Shown: positions 39,534 to 48,381 of the stretch, in pieces
Position numbering within the stretch: the first letter of the stretch is position 1
How the letters are laid out: each line of letters opens with the position of its first letter
Source of the DNA: an uncultured Chloroflexia bacterium
GTDB lineage: Bacteria; Chloroflexota; Limnocylindria; Limnocylindrales; CSP1-4
Direction of reading: 5' to 3'
Assembly: GCA_963711405.1 (NCBI GenBank)
Contig: CAVQDZ010000004.1
Span: 126,425 to 190,424, forward strand
Length of the DNA stretch: 64,000 bases
Position numbers and translations under genes: made by a program
Notes under the pieces: generated by a model
What the model was told of the DNA's origin: nothing
Seen by the model: the letters and a program-made list of their open reading frames with translations, nothing else
Databases searched by the model: none

Positions 39534-39761
39534 ATGGGTCCCTTCGTAAAGTTCATGGTTTCGCCCGCCGGGCGGCTCACCCGTATCGTGGCCGGGTTCG
39601 CGCTCATCGCCGGAGGCCTGTTTTGGGTCGGTGGCGGTGTCGGGATCGTCATTGCCGCGATCGGCCTGGTGCCACTGCTGGCCGGCTCGATCGACGTGTG
39701 CGTCTTTGCGCCGCTGTTTGGCTATCCCCTGGCAGGACCGGCGGCGCGCGCTAAGGCCTAG
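39534..39761 (+). CDS. DUF2892 (YgaP-like) small membrane protein
   Basis: AAGGAG lies 6 nt before ATG 39534. Sequence GRLTRIVAGFALIAGG..LLAGSIDVCVFAPLFG matches the family. Confidence 0.7.
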   Translation: MGPFVKFMVSPAGRLTRIVAGFALIAGGLFWVGGGVGIVIAAIGLVPLLAGSIDVCVFAPLFGYPLAGPAARAKA

Positions 39762-39829
39762 CTAAGCTCCCGTTGGAAGGTCCCCGTAGGCCGGAGTCGG
39801 GTGCCCCTTTGCTAAACTCAGCGCGTCGC

Positions 39830-39904
39830 TGGCGAGTGGCCAAACGGTAAGGCACCTGATTCTGGATCAGGGGATTCAAGGTTCGAATCCTTGCTCGCCA
39901 GCCA
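39830..39904 (+). tRNA. tRNA-Gln (anticodon CTG), CCA encoded
   Basis: Manual cloverleaf: acceptor TGGCGAG/CTCGCCA, anticodon stem CCTGA/TCAGG with loop TTCTGGA, T arm CAAGG-TTCGAAT-CCTTG, discriminator G, then CCA. Confidence 0.9.
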
Positions 39905-39919
39905 ACTCCCCTCGACTGC

Positions 39920-40981
39920 TTACAGTCCCAGTTTCTCCGAGGCCATGCGCGTGCCTTCGACGCGTGCCGCGATCTTGGCGAAGGCCACGTCGCGCGATGT
40001 CGACGTGTCGTCGCCGAAGGGCGAGAAGCCACAGTCGTCGGTCGTGCCCAGGTGCTCGGGATCGATGAACCGGGCCGCCTCGAGGACGCGGTCGCGGACC
40101 TCCTCGGCCGTCTCGATGCGCGGATTGATGGGATCTGTCACGCCGACAAACAGGCGCCGATCACCAAGATCCTGAGCCGCCAGGGCGCGCAGAGCGCCCT
40201 CATGGTCCGCCTCGCCGGCCAGCTCGACGTAGAAGTTGCCAACGTTCATGCGGAACAGGGTCGGCAGCAGAGCTTCGTATGGGACGTCGGCGCTGTGCGT
40301 GGAGTCCTGGTCGCCGCCGGGACAGCTGTGGACGCCAACGCGCCGTCGCTCGTCCTCAGTCAGCGATGCCAGCACCTGGTTGTTGAGATCGACGAACGCG
40401 CTGAGCAAGCCACCGGATGGATCCAGCTTGAGTGACAGGCGCGCCTCCGTGAAGTCGATCTGGACGATCGCGCCGAGCGCGAGGCACTCCTTCATCTCTG
40501 TCGTCGCCTCTGCAACGAGGTCGTTGATGAACGCCTCACGGGGGTAATCGGGCAGTCCTTCCGAGGGATACATCAGGCTGATCACAGAGGCGGAGATGAC
40601 CGCCTGCTTCATCTGCGCGTTCGTGTACGGCCGCGCCGCCTTGAGGTACGCGGACGCTTTCGTCGCATAGTGGAACGGGCCGGAGGTGATCAGCGGCAGG
40701 TTGCGAACATGGCCATCCACGAACGGGATGGGCACGCCGCCGCCCTTGATGTTGGGCAGGCCGGCGACGGGATACGTGGCGAAGCTCTGCTTGCGCTGCT
40801 CGCCATCAGTGACGACCGTCGATCCGGTCTGTTCGAAGCGGGACAGCGTGTCGCGCACTGCGGCGTCGTACTGGGCGTCGAGCTCTGACTGGGACAGCTC
40901 TCCGGCCGCGGCGGACTGCATGGCGTGCTGGAGAGACGCAGGACGCGGGAGGCTCCCGATGGGTTCAGTAGGCAGTTGCAT
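39920..40981 (-). CDS. Cobalamin-independent methionine synthase (MetE C-terminal domain)-like protein
   Basis: 353 aa. N-terminal LPTEPIGSLPRP and an HSCPGGD region typical of the Meth_synt_2 fold. Called at family level only. Confidence 0.7.
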   Translation of the reverse strand: MQLPTEPIGSLPRPASLQHAMQSAAAGELSQSELDAQYDAAVRDTLSRFEQTGSTVVTDGEQRKQSFATYPVAGLPNIKGGGVPIPFVDGHVRNLPLITSGPFHYATKASAYLKAARPYTNAQMKQAVISASVISLMYPSEGLPDYPREAFINDLVAEATTEMKECLALGAIVQIDFTEARLSLKLDPSGGLLSAFVDLNNQVLASLTEDERRRVGVHSCPGGDQDSTHSADVPYEALLPTLFRMNVGNFYVELAGEADHEGALRALAAQDLGDRRLFVGVTDPINPRIETAEEVRDRVLEAARFIDPEHLGTTDDCGFSPFGDDTSTSRDVAFAKIAARVEGTRMASEKLGL

Positions 40982-41060
40982 CGCGGGATGCTAACTTCGA
41001 GAGCGTCCACGTCGAAGTGCCAAGTGGATCTTCCGCACCAGATCGGAGTCTCGTCACCCC

Positions 41061-42717
41061 TTGTCTGACTTCATCCGCGAGATCGTCACCGCTGACGTTG
41101 GCGCAGGTCGCCATGCCGAAATCGTCACGCGCTTCCCGCCCGAGCCAAACGGGTACCTGCACATCGGCCATGCCAAATCGATTGCACTCAACTTCGGCGT
41201 TGCCGCGGAGTTTGGCGGCCACTGCAACCTGCGTTTCGACGACACCAATCCGGTCAAAGAGGAGCAGGAATACATCGACTCGATCGAGGCCGACGTCCGC
41301 TGGCTGGGTTACGACTGGGGCGACAACCTGTACTTCGCCTCTGACTACTTCGAGCAGCTCTACGAGTGGGCGGAGGTGCTCGTCCGTGACGGCAAGGCTT
41401 ACGTCGACGACCTCTCCGCTGACGAGATCCGTGAACACCGTGGCACGCTGACCGAGCCTGGGCGCAACTCACCGTGGCGCGACCGAAGCGCGGACGAGAA
41501 CCTGGACCTGTTCCGGCGCATGCGTGACGGTGAGTTCGAGGACGGCACGCGCGTGCTGCGCGCGAAGCTGGACATGGCCTCGCCAAACATCAACCTGCGC
41601 GATCCGATTCTGTATCGAATCGTCCACGCCACACACCCGCGCACCGGCGACGCCTGGAGCATCTATCCCACGTATGACTTCGCGCACGGGCAGAGCGACG
41701 CGATCGAGGGCGTGACGCACTCGCTGTGCACGCTCGAGTTCGAGGCGCACCGGCCGCTCTACGACTGGCTGATCGACAACCTGCCCGTGCCGTCAAAGCC
41801 GCGCCAGATCGAGTTCGCGCGGCTCAACTTGAGCCACACGGTGCTCTCGAAGCGCTTCCTGCTCAAGCTCGTGACAGAGAGTCGCGTCCGTGGCTGGGAC
41901 GATCCGCGCATGCCCACGATCTCTGCGTTCAGGCGCCGTGGCTTTCCGGCGGAGGGCATTCGCGATTTCGCCACGGCCGTCGGCGTCGCCAAGGCCGACA
42001 ACATCATCGAGATCCAGCAGCTCGAGTACGCCGTGCGCAACGTGTTGAACCGTGTCGCGCCGCGGCGCTTCGGCGTGCTGGACCCGCTCAAGGTCGTCAT
42101 CGAGAACTACCCGGAAGGCCAGTCGGAGAGGGTTTCCGTTCCGAACAATCCTGAAGACCCCGACGCCGGCTCGCGCCAGGTGGACTTTTCGCGCGAGCTA
42201 TGGATCGAACGCGAGGACTTCATGGAGGAGCCGGCGCCCAAGTTCTTCCGCCTGGCGCCAGGCCGGGAGGTGCGCCTGCGCGCGGCGTACTTCGTGACCT
42301 GCGCATCGGTGGTCAAGGACGACGCGGGCAAGGTGGTGGAGCTGCGCTGTACCTACGACCCGGCCACCCGCGGCGGCGACGCACCGGATGGTCGACGGCC
42401 CAAGGCAACGCTGCACTGGCTGTCTGCCGCGCACGCGGTTCGCAGCGGAAGTTCGGCTGTACGAGCAGCTCTTTTCCACGCCCACTCCGGGCGCCACCGG
42501 CGACCTGCTCGACGACCTCAACCCCGAATCGGAGACGGTGCTTTCCAGCGCCTACGTCGAGCGCTCGCTAGCGGAGGCCGAGCCGGGCACGACCTTCCAG
42601 TTCGAGCGCCTGGGCTACTTCACGCCCGACACCGACTCAGCGCCAGGCAAGCCCGTCTTCAACCGCGCCTTAACGCTCAAGGACAGCTGGGCCAAGGTCC
42701 AACAGCAGACGAGCTAG
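41061..42717 (+). pseudogene. glnS: Glutaminyl-tRNA synthetase gene, frame broken by one extra nucleotide near 42441-42445
   Basis: [17 protein letters not shown] (HIGH) and VLSKR (KMSKS). The body up to ..[13 protein letters not shown] is in ORF 41061..42737. The C-terminus [22 protein letters not shown] is in ORF 42388..42717. The span is 3n+1 nt, with a TTG start. Confidence 0.85.
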
Positions 42718-43407
42718 ATCCCCAGCTCATCGAGTGATTTGTGCAGCGTCGCTGCATCGCGATAGACGCGGAACGCGCCCGCGGCAAGCAGCTCGTCGAT
42801 GCCATAGCCGCCTGACAGCAGGCCGACGCTGAGCATTCCCGCACGCCGGGCCGCGAGCAGGTCCCACACCGCGTCACCAACTACGTAACAGTCGCGGATC
42901 TCCACGCTGCAGCCGCTCCTGGCACGCCAGGAAGAGGTCGGGCTCCGGCTTGGCACGGAGCACGTCGCCACGCTCGACGACGACGGTGTCCGACGGCACT
43001 TGGAGAGCGTCGAGGGAAGCGTCGATCTCCGGCCGTCGGCCGGATGTGGCGATGCCGTGCGGCACGCCCGCCTCGCGCAGCCACGCCAACAGCTCGACAG
43101 CCCCCGGCAGCGGGCGACGCTCAGGCAACAGGCCGCGGAAGAGCTCGCCGTGGCGCTGCTGGATCGCCTCTATCTCGACGTCGTTCAAGGGCCGACCGAC
43201 CTCGCGCGCGACGGCGCGCGTGAACAGGCCGCCGCTCATGCCAATTCGTCGATGGATGCGCCAGCCCTCGATCGGCAGTCCGGCTTCCGCGAGGGCCAGT
43301 TGCCAGGCGAAGACATGGGCATAGACCGTATCGACCAGGGTTCCGTCCAGATCGAATATCAGAGCTTTCACGGCGTCCTGTGCGGCACCCCCGCTAGACT
43401 TGACCAC
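42714..43407 (-). pseudogene. HAD-superfamily phosphatase (PGP/beta-PGM-like) gene, frame broken by one extra nucleotide at about 42909
   Basis: N-terminal part LIFDLDGTLVDT..GIATSG..AKPEPDLFLACQERL is in ORF 42874..43407. C-terminal part SVEIRDCYVVGDAVWDLLAARRAGM is in ORF 42714..42971. The span is 3n+1 nt, and the start may be GTG 43371. Confidence 0.8.
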
Positions 43408-43411
43408 TCAC

Positions 43412-43486
43412 TGGCGAGTGGCTCAACGGTAGAGCACCTGACTCTGGATCAGGGGGTTGAAGGTTCGAATCCTTCCTCGCCAGCCA
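43412..43486 (+). tRNA. tRNA-Gln (anticodon CTG), CCA encoded; diverged paralog of the 39830 copy
   Basis: Same acceptor stem TGGCGAG/CTCGCCA. D arm GCTC-AACGGTA-GAGC, anticodon loop CTCTGGA, T arm GAAGG-TTCGAAT-CCTTC, discriminator G, then CCA. Confidence 0.9.
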
Positions 43487-43577
43487 ATTCGGTCCGAACC
43501 GGCGCGTACCATGCCGCGCAGGAAGGTGTGGCCGACCTCGTCGACGACGTGGCTCCGCATCCAATTGCGGAGGATCC

Positions 43578-44177
43578 ATGCGCATTCGGACCTTGTTTGC
43601 GGGCAGCACCCTGCTCATCGTGCTCGTGGCGTGCGGTGGCGCAGGTCCGGCGGCTACGACGAAGCCGGCCGCGACGCCCGCGCCAGGCGCGACGGCCGCT
43701 GCGCCTGGAGCGACGACTGCGCCCGCACCAACAACCCCGCCCGCCGTCGCGACAGTGGCACCACTACCGACCGTCGCCGGCGTCCCGGGCGAGATCGCCG
43801 CGTGCCCGCTGGCCACCAAGGACGAGGTGACAGCAGCGATCGGAACGACGGTGGTTCGAACCGACGACGCTGGTGGCGCGTGCCTCTGGTACGGCGATGG
43901 GGACTCGTACCTGGGCGGCGTGTCGGTTGTGAATGATCAGTACGGCCTGGCCGCTCTTCAGCCCTACCTGAACGATCCCGGGAACATCGCGGTGCCGGGC
44001 GTTGGCGACAAAGCGGTGATCTACCACACGGACACGGGACAATTCTCAGGTCGGACCATCTATGTGCAGAAGGGTGACAAGGGCTTCCACATCGACGTGC
44101 TCGTCGACGGCATGACCGACGCCCAGGCCAAGACCGCCCTCATCGCGCTGGCGACGACCGTGGCCGGCCGCCTCTAG
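43578..44177 (+). CDS. Lipoprotein with Ala/Pro/Thr-rich linker (hypothetical)
   Basis: GGAGG precedes ATG 43578. Lipobox LVACG, linker TTKPAATPAPGATAAAPGATTAPAPTTPP, then a ~130-aa globular domain. Confidence 0.7.
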   Translation: MRIRTLFAGSTLLIVLVACGGAGPAATTKPAATPAPGATAAAPGATTAPAPTTPPAVATVAPLPTVAGVPGEIAACPLATKDEVTAAIGTTVVRTDDAGGACLWYGDGDSYLGGVSVVNDQYGLAALQPYLNDPGNIAVPGVGDKAVIYHTDTGQFSGRTIYVQKGDKGFHIDVLVDGMTDAQAKTALIALATTVAGRL

Positions 44178-44216
44178 CGGTAGAGCGAGGGTCGAACGAT
44201 CCCACCTACGCCCGAC

Positions 44217-44766
44217 GTGCGGCGAACGCGCTGAAACGGTCCGCGATCGGCTGCGGCGACGTGCTGCTTGATGGTCGGAGGCTGCGCCGGCGCGAGCACG
44301 CCGATTGGGACTCTGACGGCGACCGCTGCGGTCGACCGCCACCCCGATGTTCATACCCCAGCCGACCGCCGCCTCCGTCCCGGGCCAAATCGCCGCGTGC
44401 CCGCTGATGACCAACGATGAGCTGGAAGCAGCGATAGGACCCGCCGGACACACCGTCGTCCGGACGACCGACACAGGCGGCCTGTGCGTGTACTACGGTG
44501 CAGAGGAGTTCCTCGCCCGACTGTCGGTCGTGAATGATCAAAACGGCCTGGCATCCCTCGCGCCATATCTGACCGATCCCGCGAACGAACTGGTGCCGGG
44601 CATCGGCGACAAGGCCGCCCTCTACCGCAGCGGGCGATATTCAAGAAGCCTTGCCGCCGTGAAGGGTGGCAAGGGCTTCGAGATAGATCTGCTTACCACG
44701 ATGACCGACGCTGATGCCAAGACGGCGCTGATCGCGCTGGCGACGCTCGTAGCCGGCCGCCTCTAG
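44217..44766 (+). pseudogene. Tandem paralog of the 43578 lipoprotein, apparently degraded (in-frame TGA plus a +1 shift)
   Basis: ORF 44347..44766 aligns to the globular domain of the upstream gene (VPGQIAACPL.., LIALAT.VAGRL*). A lipobox segment (AAATCCLMVGGCAGAS) lies upstream in another frame, joined by a one-nucleotide shift near 44335-44346. TGA at 44232-44234 interrupts the putative signal peptide after GTG 44217. Confidence 0.5.
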
Positions 44767-46153
44767 CGAGATCGAACACCCGACTCTCGCGGCAGCCGTC
44801 GAAAGCCTCACGTGAGCGCGGCTAGGCGAGTCCGGCGTCGCGACCCCTGGGATCCGATAGACCCTGCCGTCATTTGAGGCAATCAACAGGGCGCCTGTTG
44901 TCGGCTCGATAGCGAGTGCCTCGACTGATGGCAGTCGAAAGTCTGTGGCCGCCACACCAATGTCGGAGCTCGTGCCGCCGCCGGCGACGATCGAAAGATG
45001 TCCGGTTGGGTCCACGCGCATCACCATCTGGCCCCTGTCGGTGAAGAACACCGGTATGTAGACATTGCCCTGCGCATCGAGTGCGACTGCGATCAAGCGC
45101 GTCGGCGCTACCTGGAGCGCGGTGAGGTTGGGGTCGTACGCGACGGCTCCGGCACCGCTCCCGGCGACCGTCGTGATGATGCCCGTGGCCAGGTCGACTT
45201 TGCGCAGGTGTGAATCGCCGTAATCGGCGATGTACAGGACCGTGCCTGCCGGATCGACAGCAACTGCCTGCGGGTTGGTCAGCTGTGCGTCCGTGGCCGG
45301 GCCACCGTCGCCCGCGAAGCCCTGCGTGCCGTTGCCGGCGATGGTGCTGATGTGGCCAGTCGCGGCGTCGACAAAGCGCACCCGAGCGTTGCCCGTGTCC
45401 GCGATGTAGAGATTGCCCGCGGCGTCGCAGGCCACCGCATATGGCTGTGACAGGTACGCCTTCTTGGCCGGCCCGCCGTCGCCGCGGAAGTCGGCGTGGA
45501 ACTCACTGCCCGCGACTGGCCTTCACGCCGCCGTCGCTGGTGATCGTGACCACGCGATTGGCGCCGCGGTCGGCCACGAACGCGGTGCCCTCGAATGTCA
45601 GACACATCCCCTGCGGCCCGGTCAAGCCGGTGGCGGCGGTCGTGATCAGACCGTCAGGCCCTACGGCCAGCACCGTCCCGGCATTGCTATCGACGATCCC
45701 GATGATCCCGTTGCCCGCGACGGCCACACCGGTTGGTCGCTGAATGTGCGCGTCGGTGGCGTTTCCGCCTGCGCTGGGGTCGGCCGTTCCGCCGCCCGCG
45801 GCGACCTCGACCAGGTTCGTGCTCGTCGGGATGGTTGGGCTTGGCGCCAGCGATTCCGTCGGTGTCGCCGCGGGCGTCGGGGCCGGCGTCGGGCCAGGGG
45901 TGGGACTGGACGCAGGTGTCTGACTCGCGGCGGTTGTTGGGCTGGGCGCGGCAGTCGGGCTCGCGGCAGTTGTCGCGGCGGCCGTTGGAGCATTCGGCGT
46001 GGAGACAGCGGTTGGAGCTGCTGCGGTCTGGGTCGGGCCAGTGGGCAGCCCTGGCGTCGCCGCTGCGGAGCTTGCCGTGGGGGCGGGTGCGGCCGTACAC
46101 GCACTGGCAAGCGCGACGAGCGCTACGAACAGCGCGAGGCGAAGTCGGGTCAT
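44641..46153 (-). pseudogene. NHL-repeat lipoprotein gene, frame broken by one extra nucleotide at about 45520
   Basis: Lipobox ALASAC, a long PT/A-rich linker, and the first NHL repeats are in ORF 45503..46153. Further repeats (FRGDGGPAKKAYLSQPYAVACDAAGNLYIAD..) are in the frame of ORF 44641..45435. The span is 3n+1 nt. The 3' end is uncertain because it overlaps the convergent gene by 126 nt (44641-44766). Confidence 0.75.
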
Positions 46154-46165
46154 CAGAGGTTCACC

Positions 46166-46534
46166 TCAGGTGCCTGCGAGGAGGACGGCCGCGAGCGCAA
46201 GTGCACCGGGAAGCGCCTGAACCAGGAGGATGCGTCGTGACACGGTCGCTGCGCCGTAGACGCCCGCGACGATCACGCAGGCCAGGAAGAAGAGCCTGAA
46301 ATAGAAGGCCGTCGGCTCGGCGACGATGAGACCAACGGCGAGCCCCGCAGCGAGGAAGCCGTTGTACAAGCCCTGGTTCGCGGCCAGAACGGCGGTCGTC
46401 TCAGCCTGCTCCGCAGTCATCCGGAATGTGCGCAGCCCGAGCGGCTTACGCCACAGGAACATCTCCAGGACGAGGAACCACACGTGCAGCAGGGCCACGA
46501 TGGCCACCAGGACGCTGGCAATGATCGACATCAA
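46166..46534 (-). CDS. DUF1304-family membrane protein
   Basis: 122 aa. LLHVWFLVLEMFLW..ANQGLYNGFLAAGL is typical of the family. Confidence 0.75.
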   Translation of the reverse strand: MMSIIASVLVAIVALLHVWFLVLEMFLWRKPLGLRTFRMTAEQAETTAVLAANQGLYNGFLAAGLAVGLIVAEPTAFYFRLFFLACVIVAGVYGAATVSRRILLVQALPGALALAAVLLAGT

Positions 46535-46620
46535 GACTCCCGTGGCAGCTTGGCGTTCCCAGACTGCGCCCTCGACACATCGACGTCAACGCCGCGACAG
46601 GCGCGGGAGAGACGAGCTCC

Positions 46621-46655
46621 GGATCAGCGATGGAACGTTCGAATCCTTACTCGCC
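46621..46655 (+). other. Decayed copy of the 3' half of tRNA-Gln (possible att scar or dead tRNA gene)
   Basis: GGATCAGCGATGGAACGTTCGAATCCTTACTCGCC aligns with tRNA positions from the anticodon-loop GGATCAG to the acceptor CTCGCC of the 39830 copy. About 30 of 36 positions match with one gap, including an 11-nt run TTCGAATCCTT. The T stem can no longer pair. Confidence 0.55.
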
Positions 46656-47645
46656 GGTCGCGAACCCAGTCCAGCCGTATTGGTCTGAGATTGCTATCAG
46701 CACCTCGAACAGCCGCGGCGTCGCTTGTGCCGCGGACATTACGACGGCGCCCGTGCCGTTCCTTTTCGACGCCGTAAGCATGGCGAAGAACCCACTCGCC
46801 CCACCCAGGTGACTGAACCTATCCTCGCCCTCCAGGAAGAAGCCCATTCCGTACCGATCCGGAGCGCGCAGACCGAGCGCGCTGACCGCCGCCCAGTCGC
46901 CTTCTGGCGGCAGCACCGCTGCCGGCCTGGTCATCAAGTCGGCCACGACGGGTGGAACGGTCGAGTCGGGGCCAGCCCCAGGGTTCTGGATCGCAGACAC
47001 GAAGGTCGCCAGATCCCGCGGCGTTGACCACAGGCCAGCCGCGGCCAATTCCGGATAGAGGTTCCAGTCCGCGCGCGCAGCTCGCTCGGCGAGGCTCTCC
47101 GGCGGCGGTTGCTCGAATGTCGAATCGGACATTGCCAGAGGCTTGAACACGACTTCCTGGGCAACACGCTCGAACGATTCCCCAGTGACGTCCTCGATCG
47201 CCTGCTGAACGATGACGTAGCCGCCCCCGGAATAGCGAAATTCGGTCGTTCCGTCGATCCGCACCGCCGACGTGTTCGCTGGCGAGATCCCATCGAGCAC
47301 CTGCAGGACTGTCGGCATGTCCTCGTCTTGCCCGTAACCTGGGAAAAACGGAACGCCGACGCCGGCCGTGTGTGTTAGCAGGGCACGCAGGGTTACAACA
47401 TCTCCGTTTGGTATGCGCCAGCTGCGCAGCGATGCGTTCAACGGAGCGTCGAGCTCCATCATGCCGTCGTTGACGAGTCGCAGAGCGACAAAGGCCGAAA
47501 CGCACTTGGAGATCGATCCGCATTGAAAGAGTCGATCGCTCAGGGCTCCGAGAGTCGCGATAGTGCTGCCGCTCTCTATGACTGCGGCGGCCATGGGCGG
47601 CGAGTCCGCAGCGTCAATCAGGGCAGAAAGTGCCGAGGTCTTCAA
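46647..47645 (-). CDS. Serine hydrolase (beta-lactamase/PBP4*-like family)
   Basis: SxxK motif CGSISKCV and a YSGGGY region. 332 aa. ATGA overlap with the upstream regulator stop at 47642-47645. Confidence 0.8.
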   Translation of the reverse strand: MKTSALSALIDAADSPPMAAAVIESGSTIATLGALSDRLFQCGSISKCVSAFVALRLVNDGMMELDAPLNASLRSWRIPNGDVVTLRALLTHTAGVGVPFFPGYGQDEDMPTVLQVLDGISPANTSAVRIDGTTEFRYSGGGYVIVQQAIEDVTGESFERVAQEVVFKPLAMSDSTFEQPPPESLAERAARADWNLYPELAAAGLWSTPRDLATFVSAIQNPGAGPDSTVPPVVADLMTRPAAVLPPEGDWAAVSALGLRAPDRYGMGFFLEGEDRFSHLGGASGFFAMLTASKRNGTGAVVMSAAQATPRLFEVLIAISDQYGWTGFATGE

Positions 47646-48283
47646 TTTCCGCCTGGAGTTGGCGCGAGCGGGAAGCCGGCTGCAAAGACAGCAATCGGTT
47701 TGGAGTCGGCGGGTCGGGCGTCGCGTTCCAGAGTCCGGTCCTGGAAACGGGCGGTGAGGGCCAGAACGCCGCGTTTGAGAGCCTCGAGCTCGTCGACCGT
47801 CAGATAAAGCAGTGAGTCATGCAGGAACGACGCTTCCTGCCACGCGACCGGTTCGCGATCGATCTGGGCCAGATAGTCGTGCAGCTGTTCAACCACACGG
47901 TCGCCAGCCATTGCGGCCGCTGCCCGCTCGGCCGCTGCGTATTCGGCAACATCCGTTGCGCCTCGAAAGACGTTGGCCGCCGAGGTGCGACGCCAGCGGC
48001 GTTCTCGACCGCCGCGCCGAGCCACCTCCTCGATAAATCCGTACTTGCCCAGTTGGCGCAGGTGGAACGAGCAGCTTGCCGTGCTCTCGTTGGTCAGCCT
48101 GCTCGCCTCGGTCGACGTAAGCGTCCCCTCGCGGCCGACGAGCTCATAAAGACGAACGCGGAAAGGGTGGGCCAAGGCTCGGAGGGCACGTACGTCGTTG
48201 ACTTCTCGGACGCGGTGGCCGACATCCTTGTCGTTTTCCAACATATCTTTGCAAAGATATCTTTGGATCAATGCTTCCGTCAA
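47642..48283 (-). CDS. ArsR-type winged-helix transcriptional regulator
   Basis: LRALAHPFRVRLYELV..LTSTEASRLTNESTASCSFHLRQLGKYGFIEE. Translationally coupled to the hydrolase gene. Confidence 0.75.
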   Translation of the reverse strand: MTEALIQRYLCKDMLENDKDVGHRVREVNDVRALRALAHPFRVRLYELVGREGTLTSTEASRLTNESTASCSFHLRQLGKYGFIEEVARRGGRERRWRRTSAANVFRGATDVAEYAAAERAAAAMAGDRVVEQLHDYLAQIDREPVAWQEASFLHDSLLYLTVDELEALKRGVLALTARFQDRTLERDARPADSKPIAVFAAGFPLAPTPGGN

Positions 48284-48381
48284 GGGCAGGCGCCGCGTGG
48301 CGCTGACGACGCGCGAGAATCAAGTGGGAAGCCTCGAACGAGGTGAGGCTCCCCACTGTGCGCCTATGTGCGCGTACGGGT

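Noticed and set aside
40982-41060. T-box, SAM or B12 riboswitch in the divergent spacer between the MetE-like gene and glnS
   Set aside because: At only 79 nt, it is too short for any of these leaders, and no specifier or terminator features are visible.
44171-44205. tRNA-like fragment after the first lipoprotein gene (TAGCGGTAGAGC..GGTCGAACGATCCC)
   Set aside because: It resembles D-arm and T-arm motifs only loosely and has no acceptor or anticodon parts. The similar sequence after the second paralog shows that it belongs to the tandem duplication.
44232-44234. In-frame TGA in the lipoprotein paralog as selenocysteine or stop-codon recoding
   Set aside because: It lies in a signal-peptide n-region where Sec makes no sense. 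I saw no SECIS-like hairpin, TGA is used as a normal stop throughout the window, and the gene has a second defect.
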